Origin: Ktedonobacteria bacterium
GTDB taxonomy: Bacteria; Chloroflexota; Ktedonobacteria; Ktedonobacterales; JACDGC01
DNA: 64,000 nt
Direction: 5' to 3'
NCBI GenBank assembly: GCA_027459785.1
Contig: DAIDGU010000057.1
Span: 34,150-98,149 of the forward strand
Part shown: one piece after another, positions 36,483-44,684 of the stretch
How positions within the stretch are numbered: the first letter of the stretch is position 1
How the letters are laid out: every line of letters starts with the position of its first letter
Made by a program: the position numbers and the translations under genes
The notes under the pieces: model-generated
Seen by the model: the letters and a program-made list of their open reading frames with translations, nothing else
Told to the model about the DNA's origin: nothing
The model's database searches: none

Positions 36483-37445
36483 CTACACGCGGATATCGAC
36501 GACTTTGCGGATGACGACGACGCCGAGCGCGATCATGATGCCCGCCGTCAGGAACATCGTCCAGCCGCACCAGGTCGTCGTCTGAAACACGCCCAGGATG
36601 TAATGGGGATTGAAGACGAGCAGCAAAAGCAAGATGGCGACGGGCATCAGCGCCACGACATAGCCGGAATAACGTTGCTGCGCCGTCAGCGACTTCACCT
36701 CACCTTCCAGGCGTACGCGCTCGCGGATCGTCTCGCTGATGCGTTCGAGCATCTGCACCAGATTGCCGCCGCTCTCAGTCTGGATGGCGATGGCTGTGAC
36801 GAGCAATTGCAGATCGACGCTGGGGACGCGATCCGTCAGGTTCGTCAGCGCCTCTTTGACGCCGGTGCCATAGGTGATCTGCTGCACCACCAATTGCAGT
36901 TCCTTCGAGATCGGCGGCTTGGTCTGGCGCGCGGCCAGGTCCAGCGCCTGAGCGATGGTGCTGCTGCCGGAGCGCAGGGCGCTGGCGATCAGTTGCACCG
37001 CGCCGGGCAGTTGCGCGTCGAAGTCGCGCGCCCGCTTCGCACGGCGGGCGGCAATCCACCATTGCGGCCCCCAAAACGTGCCGGCGACGAGCAGCATGAA
37101 GAGGAAGATGTTATGGAGGACGACGCTCAGAAGGAGGCCCAGGCCCAGCAAGATGGCGACCAGCAGGATGAATTCACCGGCGGTCAGCGGCACGCCCGCG
37201 CGCGAAAGCTGTTCGTCCAACCCCACACGCCCGGCGAAGCGATTGAGCGCGGCGACGAGCTGGCCGGCGTCCTGGCGCGGCAGGGCATCGCGCGCCAACC
37301 CCTGGCGCTGGATCTCGAGCTGGCGCAAGCGATCTGCCACGCGGTTATGCCGGCGCGTCCATTCACGGCTGAGGCCGAAAAGGATGGTGAAGACCGCCAG
37401 CGCGCTCAGCACGCTCACCAGCAGCGGCACCTGACCCGCGCTCAT
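36483..37445 (-). CDS. tadB: Flp pilus assembly protein TadB (T2SS F-family)
   Basis: QLPGAVQLIASALRSGSS...IQTESGGNLVQMLERISETIRER. ATGA overlap with the cpaF stop. Confidence 0.8.
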   Translation of the reverse strand: MSAGQVPLLVSVLSALAVFTILFGLSREWTRRHNRVADRLRQLEIQRQGLARDALPRQDAGQLVAALNRFAGRVGLDEQLSRAGVPLTAGEFILLVAILLGLGLLLSVVLHNIFLFMLLVAGTFWGPQWWIAARRAKRARDFDAQLPGAVQLIASALRSGSSTIAQALDLAARQTKPPISKELQLVVQQITYGTGVKEALTNLTDRVPSVDLQLLVTAIAIQTESGGNLVQMLERISETIRERVRLEGEVKSLTAQQRYSGYVVALMPVAILLLLLVFNPHYILGVFQTTTWCGWTMFLTAGIMIALGVVVIRKVVDIRV

Positions 37446-38842
37446 GGCCGCGCCTCACGGCGAAAGATCGTCGGCGGCACAGGATAACCACGCCGCTCCA
37501 TCTCGTCCAGCAGGCGCGGCACGGTCCCTTTGGCGCGCAATCGACCGTGTACGCGGCCCTGCTCATCCAGTCCGGCGCGCTCGAACTCGAAGATCTCGAC
37601 CACCTCCACACCGTCGCCGTTCGCCCCCGCGCGCAATTCGGCGATGGAAGCGATCTTGCGCGAGCCGTCCTCGAAATGGTTCAGATGCACGATCAGGTTG
37701 ATGGCGCTGAGGATTTGCGCGCGCACGGCGCGGTCCGGCAGATCGATGCCAGCTTGCAATACCAGCATCTCCAGCCGGTTCAGCACGTCCGGCGCGCTAT
37801 TCGCGTGCAGCGTCGTCATCGATCCCTCATGGCCCGTATTCATCGCTTGCAACATGTCCAGCGCCTCGCCGCCACGACACTCGCCGACGATAATACGGTC
37901 GGGCCGCATTCTGAGCGCGTTAGCTACGAGCTGGCGAATCGTCACCTGATGCTTGCCCTCAACACTGGGCGGGCGGCTTTCCATGCGCACCACGTGCGCC
38001 TGCTGCAACTGCAATTCCGCCGCATCCTCGATGGTGATGATGCGCTGCTCCTGGGGGATGAAGACCGACAGAACGTTGAGGATCGTCGTCTTACCGGTGT
38101 TGGTGCCGCCGGAGACGATGATGTTCATCCGCGCCTCCACGCAACGCTGCAAAAAGAGCATCATATCGCGCGAGATCGTGCCGTTGTCGATCAGATCTTG
38201 CGGCTGCAACGCCTTCGCTGCGAACTTCCGGATCGTCAGGATGGGACCGTCGAGCGCGATAGGGCGGATGACGATGTTGACGCGCGACCCATCTTTCAGG
38301 CGAGCATCCACCGTCGGCGTCGTCTCATCCACGCGCCGCCCGATCTGCGAGACGATGCGCTCGATGACGCGCATCAGGTGCGGTTCGTCGTGGAACCGGA
38401 TGTCGGTCTGCATCATCGCGCCGCGCCGCTGGTCAATCCACACGCGGTATGGTCCGTTGACCATGATTTCGGTCACGTTCTCGTCGGCCAACAAGGGTTC
38501 GATGGGACCATAGCCCAGGATGTCGGCCAGGCAACGCGCAATCAGCGCCAGGCGCTCGTTCTTGCTCAGGGGCATCTGCTGCTTCTGCGCCTCAATATCG
38601 ATGATGCGCTGCAAACGCTCTTCCACCTCGCGTCGCATCTGCACCGGTGGCAACTGATCGATCTGGGTCTTGCTCGTCTCCAGGTCCGCCACCAGCAACA
38701 ATTGGATCTTGCGCTGCAAGTCGTAATAGGCCTGTTCGCGCGCGGTGGGACCGGTGCGGCCAGTGCCGCGCAGATCGCCGCTGCCGCTGGGGCGCGGCGT
38801 CGTCGGGTGGGCGGGCATATCAGCATAGCGTCGGGGTGTCAT
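37442..38842 (-). CDS. cpaF: Tad secretion ATPase CpaF/TadA
   Basis: VSGGTNTGKTTILNVL (Walker A), IITIEDAAEL, GHEGSMTTLHANS. GGAGG RBS. Confidence 0.9.
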   Translation of the reverse strand: MTPRRYADMPAHPTTPRPSGSGDLRGTGRTGPTAREQAYYDLQRKIQLLLVADLETSKTQIDQLPPVQMRREVEERLQRIIDIEAQKQQMPLSKNERLALIARCLADILGYGPIEPLLADENVTEIMVNGPYRVWIDQRRGAMMQTDIRFHDEPHLMRVIERIVSQIGRRVDETTPTVDARLKDGSRVNIVIRPIALDGPILTIRKFAAKALQPQDLIDNGTISRDMMLFLQRCVEARMNIIVSGGTNTGKTTILNVLSVFIPQEQRIITIEDAAELQLQQAHVVRMESRPPSVEGKHQVTIRQLVANALRMRPDRIIVGECRGGEALDMLQAMNTGHEGSMTTLHANSAPDVLNRLEMLVLQAGIDLPDRAVRAQILSAINLIVHLNHFEDGSRKIASIAELRAGANGDGVEVVEIFEFERAGLDEQGRVHGRLRAKGTVPRLLDEMERRGYPVPPTIFRREARP

Positions 38843-38860
38843 TCAAGCATGCCTCCTACA

Positions 38861-40066
38861 TCACGCGCGCGGTTTTTTCGTCGCTTGCAAATCTTGATAC
38901 AGCCGCCGCGCCAGGTCGTGCATCGCACGGCTGATGGGCGCACGGCGCGCATAGGTGACGAAAGGGACGCCGCGATTGACGGCCCCGATGACGGTGCGCA
39001 CATCGTCGGGAAACTGCGCGGCGAAGCGCCGCCCCAGCGACTGTTCGACGCGCTTAGGGGCGATCTGATAGCCGCCATCCATACGATTGCCGATCAGCCA
39101 GCAACGGTCGCCAGCGATACCCCGCCGGCGCAAGCCTTCCAGCAAGCCCTTCACACGATTGATGGCAGTGATCTCCGGCGTCGTAACGATCAAGAGGCGG
39201 TCGGCGCTCTCCAGGATCGCTTCATTGGCGTCGGTGAAAGTGGCATCAGTATCTACCACCGTCACATCGCAATGCTCACGCACCTCAACCAGGATCGCAC
39301 GCATCGTCTCGCGCCGGAACTCGCGCGCCACCTCTGGATCATCCGGCGAACGCAAGAGGCGGATGCCTGAATCATGGCGCACAGCGACCGATTGCAACGT
39401 CTCGAAGTCCAGATCTTCAGGATCGCGCAACATGTCGAGGGAGTGGTTGATGTGATCAAGGTTCAGCAAGACGTGGTCATCACCGGCGGCGAGGTTGCCA
39501 TCTACCAGCAGCACCTCTTCGGCACACGCATGCAAGGCCACCGCCAGGTTCGCCGCGATGATGCTGCGCCCAACACCACCCTTCGCGCCACAGACAGCCA
39601 CCAGGTGTTGCCCGCGCGCGGATGTTCCACGTGGAACACTGGGATGCGCGCCCGAACCCCGGCTGGTCCCCGGCAACTGCACCACCCGGCGGATCGCGCG
39701 CAACACGTCGTCGGCGCGCAAGGGCTTCACCAGAAAACCACGCGCCCCCACGTCCAGCGCCTGCTGCATCAGATCCTTGCTATCTTCGACAGACATCAGG
39801 ATGATCTGCGCCGGCACCTCCATGCTGAGGACGTGCGCCGCTGCCAGCCCGTCCATGCCGGGCATGTAGATATCCATGAGGATGATATCCGGCTGGTGCC
39901 GCCGCGCCAGCGCGATGCCCTCCCTGGCATCCGTGGCGATGCCGACGACGCGCAGATCCGCCACGGTGCTGAGCCAGCGGCGCACCGCCTGGGCCGTTTC
40001 GATGAGGTCGTCGATGATGAGGATGCGGATCGGCTGGCCCGCTCCTTCAGGTGAGTGCTGTGCCAT
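38861..40066 (-). CDS. CpaE/TadZ-like ParA/MinD-family ATPase with a canonical N-terminal receiver domain
   Basis: Receiver: ILIIDDL...DIILMDIYMPGMDG...IILMSV...GFLVKP. ATPase: VAVCGAKGGVGRS (deviant Walker A). GGGAGGGG RBS. Confidence 0.8.
   Translation of the reverse strand: MAQHSPEGAGQPIRILIIDDLIETAQAVRRWLSTVADLRVVGIATDAREGIALARRHQPDIILMDIYMPGMDGLAAAHVLSMEVPAQIILMSVEDSKDLMQQALDVGARGFLVKPLRADDVLRAIRRVVQLPGTSRGSGAHPSVPRGTSARGQHLVAVCGAKGGVGRSIIAANLAVALHACAEEVLLVDGNLAAGDDHVLLNLDHINHSLDMLRDPEDLDFETLQSVAVRHDSGIRLLRSPDDPEVAREFRRETMRAILVEVREHCDVTVVDTDATFTDANEAILESADRLLIVTTPEITAINRVKGLLEGLRRRGIAGDRCWLIGNRMDGGYQIAPKRVEQSLGRRFAAQFPDDVRTVIGAVNRGVPFVTYARRAPISRAMHDLARRLYQDLQATKKPRA
39623..39638. repeat. 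palindrome copy 7 (TGTTCCACGTGGAACA)
   Basis: Exact 16-mer inside the cpaE-like CDS. It is read S-V-P-R-G-T-S in the linker between the receiver and ATPase domains. Confidence 0.95.
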
Positions 40067-40249
40067 CCTTGGCCCCTCCCGCCTGTGCAAGCGCAAGAGG
40101 GATGCCAGCCCAAGCATAAGTCCGATAGTCCTTTATCTACCACATGAATTCCGCTCACATCTCACGTATAATAGATGATGTCCAGAGATATGTTGTCTCT
40201 GGCTGTGCATCGTCCTCTTGACATGATCGGAGGAGAAAGGATCTGGACC

Positions 40250-40501
40250 ATGCCCTTGTATCTCGACAAGCACCATCACATCGACGGCCTGACCACCGAT
40301 GGGGTGAAGCAAGCGCATGAAGCTGACCTCGCGATCCAGGAACAGTATGGTGTCACGTATTTGCAGTATTGGTTCAACGAAGAGACTGGCACGGTCTTTT
40401 GTTTGGTAGAGGCACCTAGCAAAGAAGCCGCCGCCACCGTTCACCGTCTCGCTCACGGGTTGGAAGCCGATGAGATCGTCGAAGTGCAGCCAGGAAGCTG
40501 A
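40250..40501 (+). CDS. DUF4242 family protein
   Basis: MPLYLDKHH...VKQAHEADLAIQEQYGVTYLQYWFNEETGTVFCLVEAPSKEAAATVHRLAHG. GGAGGAG RBS. Confidence 0.7.
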   Translation: MPLYLDKHHHIDGLTTDGVKQAHEADLAIQEQYGVTYLQYWFNEETGTVFCLVEAPSKEAAATVHRLAHGLEADEIVEVQPGS

Positions 40502-40679
40502 GCAGATCTGCCACGATAAGCGGCTGGTTCCTTTATAGCGGATCTGGCCGCTTATTGATGATTGGTAACGAATGATCCCTTATCGCACTAGGAAGTGAGG
40601 GCGAGCCGACTTTCAAAGCCGTATGAGGGTTTCTTGGGCTGGACGCAACAGGCGATTAAGCCACAGACTTTATGACCGG

Positions 40680-41879
40680 CTACTGACTACTCAGCACTGG
40701 CTTAAAAAGCTTTTTGTTAGCGGCAGCAACAAAGCTAAAGAATGCTAATAGTGACACTATCAGAGCGATTGTCCAATTATTGCCAAGAAATTGTAGAGCA
40801 AACCCCACGAGGAAAAGACCAGCAGAGTAAGCAAGGAAATCTCCTGACCGCGTAATGCTGGCAACTCTTCCTTGAATATGATGGGGTATTACGCCTGAAA
40901 TATTGCCACAAATAATATAAAAGGCTGGCAGTATGGCGAACAAGAGCGCAGTCACCACCGTTAATAGCGTAATATTGTATGCAAACAAATACAAGGAGAA
41001 CGTTACTGCACAGAGTATATTGGTGATGACGAGCATTGTATAGCGGTCGTATTGGTGCATTACTTTACCGAAGAATGCGGAGCCGAGGATGCCAGCGACG
41101 GCACTAATCGCCAAAACGATACCAATAGTAGTCGCTGAAGCGTGTAAGTCACGCGCGAATACAATCACCAGCAGTGAGAGGGCGGAAGTGGCCAATGCTC
41201 TGGCCCATGAAAGAGCAATGAAAACCCTATACATACGATTATGCCAGAACCATGCACCAGCCTCTTTAAGACCTTTTCGTATGCTCGTTTGCTTTAGGGC
41301 ATCTGGAGCTGATAAGGGAGAATTTATGAGTACTAAGGCTATGACGTTCAAGAAATACGACAGAGAGTCTGTCGCAAAGGAGAAGACAGCTCCAACTGTT
41401 TGATACAAAAAACCGCCGAATGAGGGTCCTACGAGCATTGCGAAGTGCTCAATCATACTATCCTGAGCAACTGCTTGAGGTAATTGCTCATTCGCTACAA
41501 GAAATCTACGGGATGAGAACCTACCAATATTTGCAAATACGAAACACCCGCCCTCAATGCCCATAAGAATAAATAGCTCGACAACTGTAAGCCGATGGAG
41601 GAATAGGCCAATGGCGAGCATTGCAAAGCCACTCCCCGCATTCCCAGCGAGCATTATGTTTCGTCTATTCCATTTATCGAGAATGTAGCCTGCGGGTATA
41701 GCTAAGAGCACATAGGTCACTCCTCGCATTGCAACAACCGAACCGGCAATTGCTGATGAGCCGGTCAGTGATAGGATAACGAGCGGCATAGCAATGCCCG
41801 AGATTTCTGTACCCATCCATGAGAGGCCTTGTCCGGCCCACATTAGCATGTAGTTACGCTGTTTCCAGAGTGGTTGCAT
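40680..41879 (-). CDS. MFS transporter (AT-rich, likely foreign)
   Basis: ~12 hydrophobic segments. The start is taken at MQPLWKQRNYMLMWAGQ. A hand count of 40741..40800 gives 22/60 G+C. Confidence 0.8.
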   Translation of the reverse strand: MQPLWKQRNYMLMWAGQGLSWMGTEISGIAMPLVILSLTGSSAIAGSVVAMRGVTYVLLAIPAGYILDKWNRRNIMLAGNAGSGFAMLAIGLFLHRLTVVELFILMGIEGGCFVFANIGRFSSRRFLVANEQLPQAVAQDSMIEHFAMLVGPSFGGFLYQTVGAVFSFATDSLSYFLNVIALVLINSPLSAPDALKQTSIRKGLKEAGAWFWHNRMYRVFIALSWARALATSALSLLVIVFARDLHASATTIGIVLAISAVAGILGSAFFGKVMHQYDRYTMLVITNILCAVTFSLYLFAYNITLLTVVTALLFAILPAFYIICGNISGVIPHHIQGRVASITRSGDFLAYSAGLFLVGFALQFLGNNWTIALIVSLLAFFSFVAAANKKLFKPVLSSQ

Positions 41880-42216
41880 AGAGTGATAATAACACACAAA
41901 TGACTGCTGTTGTATGGCCCCCATATTGCAACCGCCATTGCAGCGCATTCGATACAGTCAGATAACCAATCGTCGGTGGGTTATGAAGCGCGCTCGGCTA
42001 GTGCGATTCGCCCGGCATCATCTAAGGGAAGGTTGCGTTATATAGATCGGGAATAGCCGTCGTCGTGAGAACGGTGGCGAAGGAACGTGCCTCGACTTTC
42101 AATGTTGCGATAGTTAAAATAGGAAGCATGGCTCACCTCTTTGCCTCAGCGACATTCAATGTCTCCATGCTATGCCATAACTCACCACTCTGTCAAACTA
42201 TTCTGCTTTCATCTCA

Positions 42217-43014
42217 TCACGGCGGGGTGAAGCCGAAGTGGCTGATGATCCAGCCGGTGTCGATGGGCTGGGTGGTGACAAGGCCGTTATCACCCGGCTT
42301 GCGCAGAACGAGATCCAGCTTGGCGGTTTCGACGAGCAGCTTGAGTACCAGCGCGTCCTGGTGGGTGACGGCGACATAGAGCATACCACCGCTGATCATA
42401 TAGATGGTGAGGTTTTGCAGCGTCTCCTGCGCCACCTGGCAGCCGCCACGTACCGTCGGCCCCTGCACGCACTCCGTCGCCAGGATGTCCACGTGGTCGC
42501 CCTCTTGCGCGCCGATCTGCATGCCGGGCGCGCTACCCAGCGGCAGCGCCACCAACACGTCGCCGGCAGGCAGACCTGCCGGATCATGGTTCGTGAGGCT
42601 GTGCGCTGGGCCAGAACCCAGCGCGGTCATGCGCCCGTCGTTGCGCCGCAAGATGTCGCCAGCGTAGAACGGCGCAGTGATGATCTGATTGCTCAGCGCC
42701 GTGTTCAGGTCGCTCTGATTGGTGAAGGTGAAAGCGTCGGCGGGAACATCGCTCGCTGGCAGATGTTCCACGTGGAACACATCACCGATGCGCGCATAGC
42801 CGTTACCGCTCTGCGCGAGGGAAAGGACGATGCCGGCGTTCAAAGGCTGGGCCGCCACCACGACAGCCACCCCCTGACCACCGCTGCCCGCACCGGTATT
42901 ATTGGTAGTCAGAAAGAGTACCAGCACCGCCGTGATGAGCGCCAGGACGATGCCGAGGATGATGAGCGGCGTGCCGCCGCCGGATGTGCGTGGACGTTGC
43001 GTGGGCGCAGCCAT
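42217..43014 (-). CDS. cpaB: Flp pilus assembly protein CpaB/RcpC
   Basis: N-terminal transmembrane segment (PLIILGIVLALITAVLVLFL) followed by a SAF-like region. GGAGGAGG RBS before the ATG at 43014. Position is immediately after flp. Confidence 0.7.
   Translation of the reverse strand: MAAPTQRPRTSGGGTPLIILGIVLALITAVLVLFLTTNNTGAGSGGQGVAVVVAAQPLNAGIVLSLAQSGNGYARIGDVFHVEHLPASDVPADAFTFTNQSDLNTALSNQIITAPFYAGDILRRNDGRMTALGSGPAHSLTNHDPAGLPAGDVLVALPLGSAPGMQIGAQEGDHVDILATECVQGPTVRGGCQVAQETLQNLTIYMISGGMLYVAVTHQDALVLKLLVETAKLDLVLRKPGDNGLVTTQPIDTGWIISHFGFTPP
42764..42779. repeat. palindrome copy 8 (TGTTCCACGTGGAACA)
   Basis: Exact 16-mer inside the cpaB CDS, read D-V-F-H-V-E-H-L. Confidence 0.95.
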
Positions 43015-43101
43015 AACAAAAAAGCCTCCTCCATGAGTCCCGGTGGGAATCATTCCCTTGCTGCTGGGATCGAGCGCAAGCAGCATACCTGAAACGCTGC
43101 G

Positions 43102-43254
43102 TTACGTGCCTTTAAGGGTGGTCACGATGCTGGTGATGGCGGGCAACAGCACGATGATAATGCCGATCGCCACGACAGCGACCAGCGCGATAATCAGGGC
43201 ATATTCCACCAGCCCCAATGGGCGACGGTCGTCTTGCGGGGGTTGATTCGTCAT
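43102..43254 (-). CDS. flp: Flp/Fap-family pilin (50 aa; not in the ORF track)
   Basis: Own translation: MTNQPPQDDRRPLGLVEYALIIALVAVVAIGIIIVLLPAITSIVTTLKGT. It has the G-x-x-EY motif plus a hydrophobic helix. GGAGG lies 9 nt upstream. Confidence 0.75.
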   Translation of the reverse strand: MTNQPPQDDRRPLGLVEYALIIALVAVVAIGIIIVLLPAITSIVTTLKGT

Positions 43255-43343
43255 GCTTGCTGCCTCCGTGTGCGTTGCTACGTACCGCTATTGTAGCAGA
43301 AATTGCCCGGCGTACGCCACGGGAGACAGCCCCGCCAGCAGCC

Positions 43344-44588
43344 CTAGCGCGCTTCGTTCACGATGTAGTCCAGCCGCGTGCCGTGGCCGGGGGCGCTCTT
43401 GATGCCGAGGATCGCCCCGATCAGATCGACCTCGATGCACAACTGGCCCAGACCGGAATGAAAGCCTTGCCGCGCCCGTTCCATCACAGGATCGACCGCG
43501 AAGCCCACGCCGTCATCTTCCACCGAGAGGATCACCGTGTCGGGCTGGTAGGTGAGCGCGACCTGGATGTGCCGCGCCTGGCTGTGGCGCAGCGCGTTAC
43601 GCACGGCCTCGCGCGCCGCGCGGAAGAGCGCGCGTTCGATGGCGACATGGCAGCGCCGTTCGCGCCCACTCAGGCGCACGCCCAAGGGCGCGCCGCGCGT
43701 CTCAATCAGGTCGTGCAGGTAGCGTTGCAGCGTGCCAGCCAGGCCCAATTCGCTCAGCATCATCGGCTCTAGCTCGAAGATGAGCATATCCGCCTCGCGC
43801 AATGCCTCGTTCAGTCGGTTCTTCAGATCGCCAACGACATGCTGCGCGTGCGCCGGATCGCTCTTGAAGGCTGCCTCGCAGAACTCCGCTTGCAGCACAG
43901 CATCCGATAACGCGAAGCGCACGCGCTCGTCGATGCTGCGCGCCACGCTGTGGCGCTCATATTCGCGCGCGGCCAGCAGCGCCTCTTGATCCACCAGTTG
44001 CGCCGAAGTCACCGGCTGTGGTCCGGCATTCAATTCGTTGGATTCCGCGAAGTCGGCTGAAAGGGCCAGGCGCGCGGGCAGCAACGGCGCGGAATAGGGC
44101 GGCGGTTCGCGCAGGAACGCGGCATCGGCCATCGCCTGCAAGGCGAAATCCAGCGCGCCCAGGCAACGGCGGTCGTGGTCGGCTTCCGTGCGCAGATAGT
44201 CGCACACCTCGCGCGTGCCGACATACGCCAGTTCGGCCTGCGCCCACTCCTGGTAGGCTTTGACGATGGCCTGGCGGCTGTGCTGGCTGAGATCCTGCTC
44301 GATAGCGCGCAGGGCCGCTGTCGCGTGCGTGCGCCGTTCCGCTTGGCCGCTCATCAGCCGCTCGGATTCGGTCAGGTTGCCGGCGATCTCGTGGAGGTGT
44401 GCTTGCAGGCGGCGACACTCGTCATTCAGCCGCGCCCGCGCGGCGTCTAACGTGGCGCTCTGGGCAAAATCAGGTTCATCGTCGGGGCGAAACTCGTCGT
44501 CCAATGGCCCCAATTCGCCGCTGTCAGGGACAGGGCGATGCTGGATTTGGCTGCTGGAACGATCGGCGAAATCGGCGGTGATGGGCAT
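43344..44588 (-). CDS. cytoplasmic HisKA_3-type histidine-kinase-like protein with a degenerate H-box
   Basis: N-box AVRNALRHSQA, DDGVGF and GHGTRL are present. The H-box reads EYERHSVARSIDERV where ...ARELHD... is expected. No transmembrane segments. Confidence 0.7.
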   Translation of the reverse strand: MPITADFADRSSSQIQHRPVPDSGELGPLDDEFRPDDEPDFAQSATLDAARARLNDECRRLQAHLHEIAGNLTESERLMSGQAERRTHATAALRAIEQDLSQHSRQAIVKAYQEWAQAELAYVGTREVCDYLRTEADHDRRCLGALDFALQAMADAAFLREPPPYSAPLLPARLALSADFAESNELNAGPQPVTSAQLVDQEALLAAREYERHSVARSIDERVRFALSDAVLQAEFCEAAFKSDPAHAQHVVGDLKNRLNEALREADMLIFELEPMMLSELGLAGTLQRYLHDLIETRGAPLGVRLSGRERRCHVAIERALFRAAREAVRNALRHSQARHIQVALTYQPDTVILSVEDDGVGFAVDPVMERARQGFHSGLGQLCIEVDLIGAILGIKSAPGHGTRLDYIVNEAR

Positions 44589-44614
44589 CCGTGCCACCTT
44601 CCCTTCCAGGGACT

Positions 44615-44677
44615 GCGGGCGATTGAAATCGCGCCTAAGGGCTACGCCACGAAGTCCACCTGCGTGGACTGGGGATC
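44615..44677. repeat. REP unit (GCGGGCGATTGAAATCGCGCC...AGTCCAC/CTGC/GTGGACT)
   Basis: Same architecture as 54524.. and 35138... Lies between the response regulator stop and the kinase-like start. Confidence 0.75.
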
Positions 44678-44684
44678 GACAGGG

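Noticed and set aside
37547-39370. 607-aa plus-strand ORF. Similar very long ORFs occur at 9790..11274, 56222..58081, 46117..47697, 22591..23709, 19223..20404, 36429..37487 and 11108..12040.
   Set aside because: Each is antisense to a CDS with unmistakable family motifs (cpaF/cpaE, aminotransferase, argS, aldolase/GNAT, ABC ATPase, M20, tadB, accC). Their products are Arg/His/Gly/Ala-rich with no recognisable motifs. Stop-poor antisense frames are expected at this GC content.
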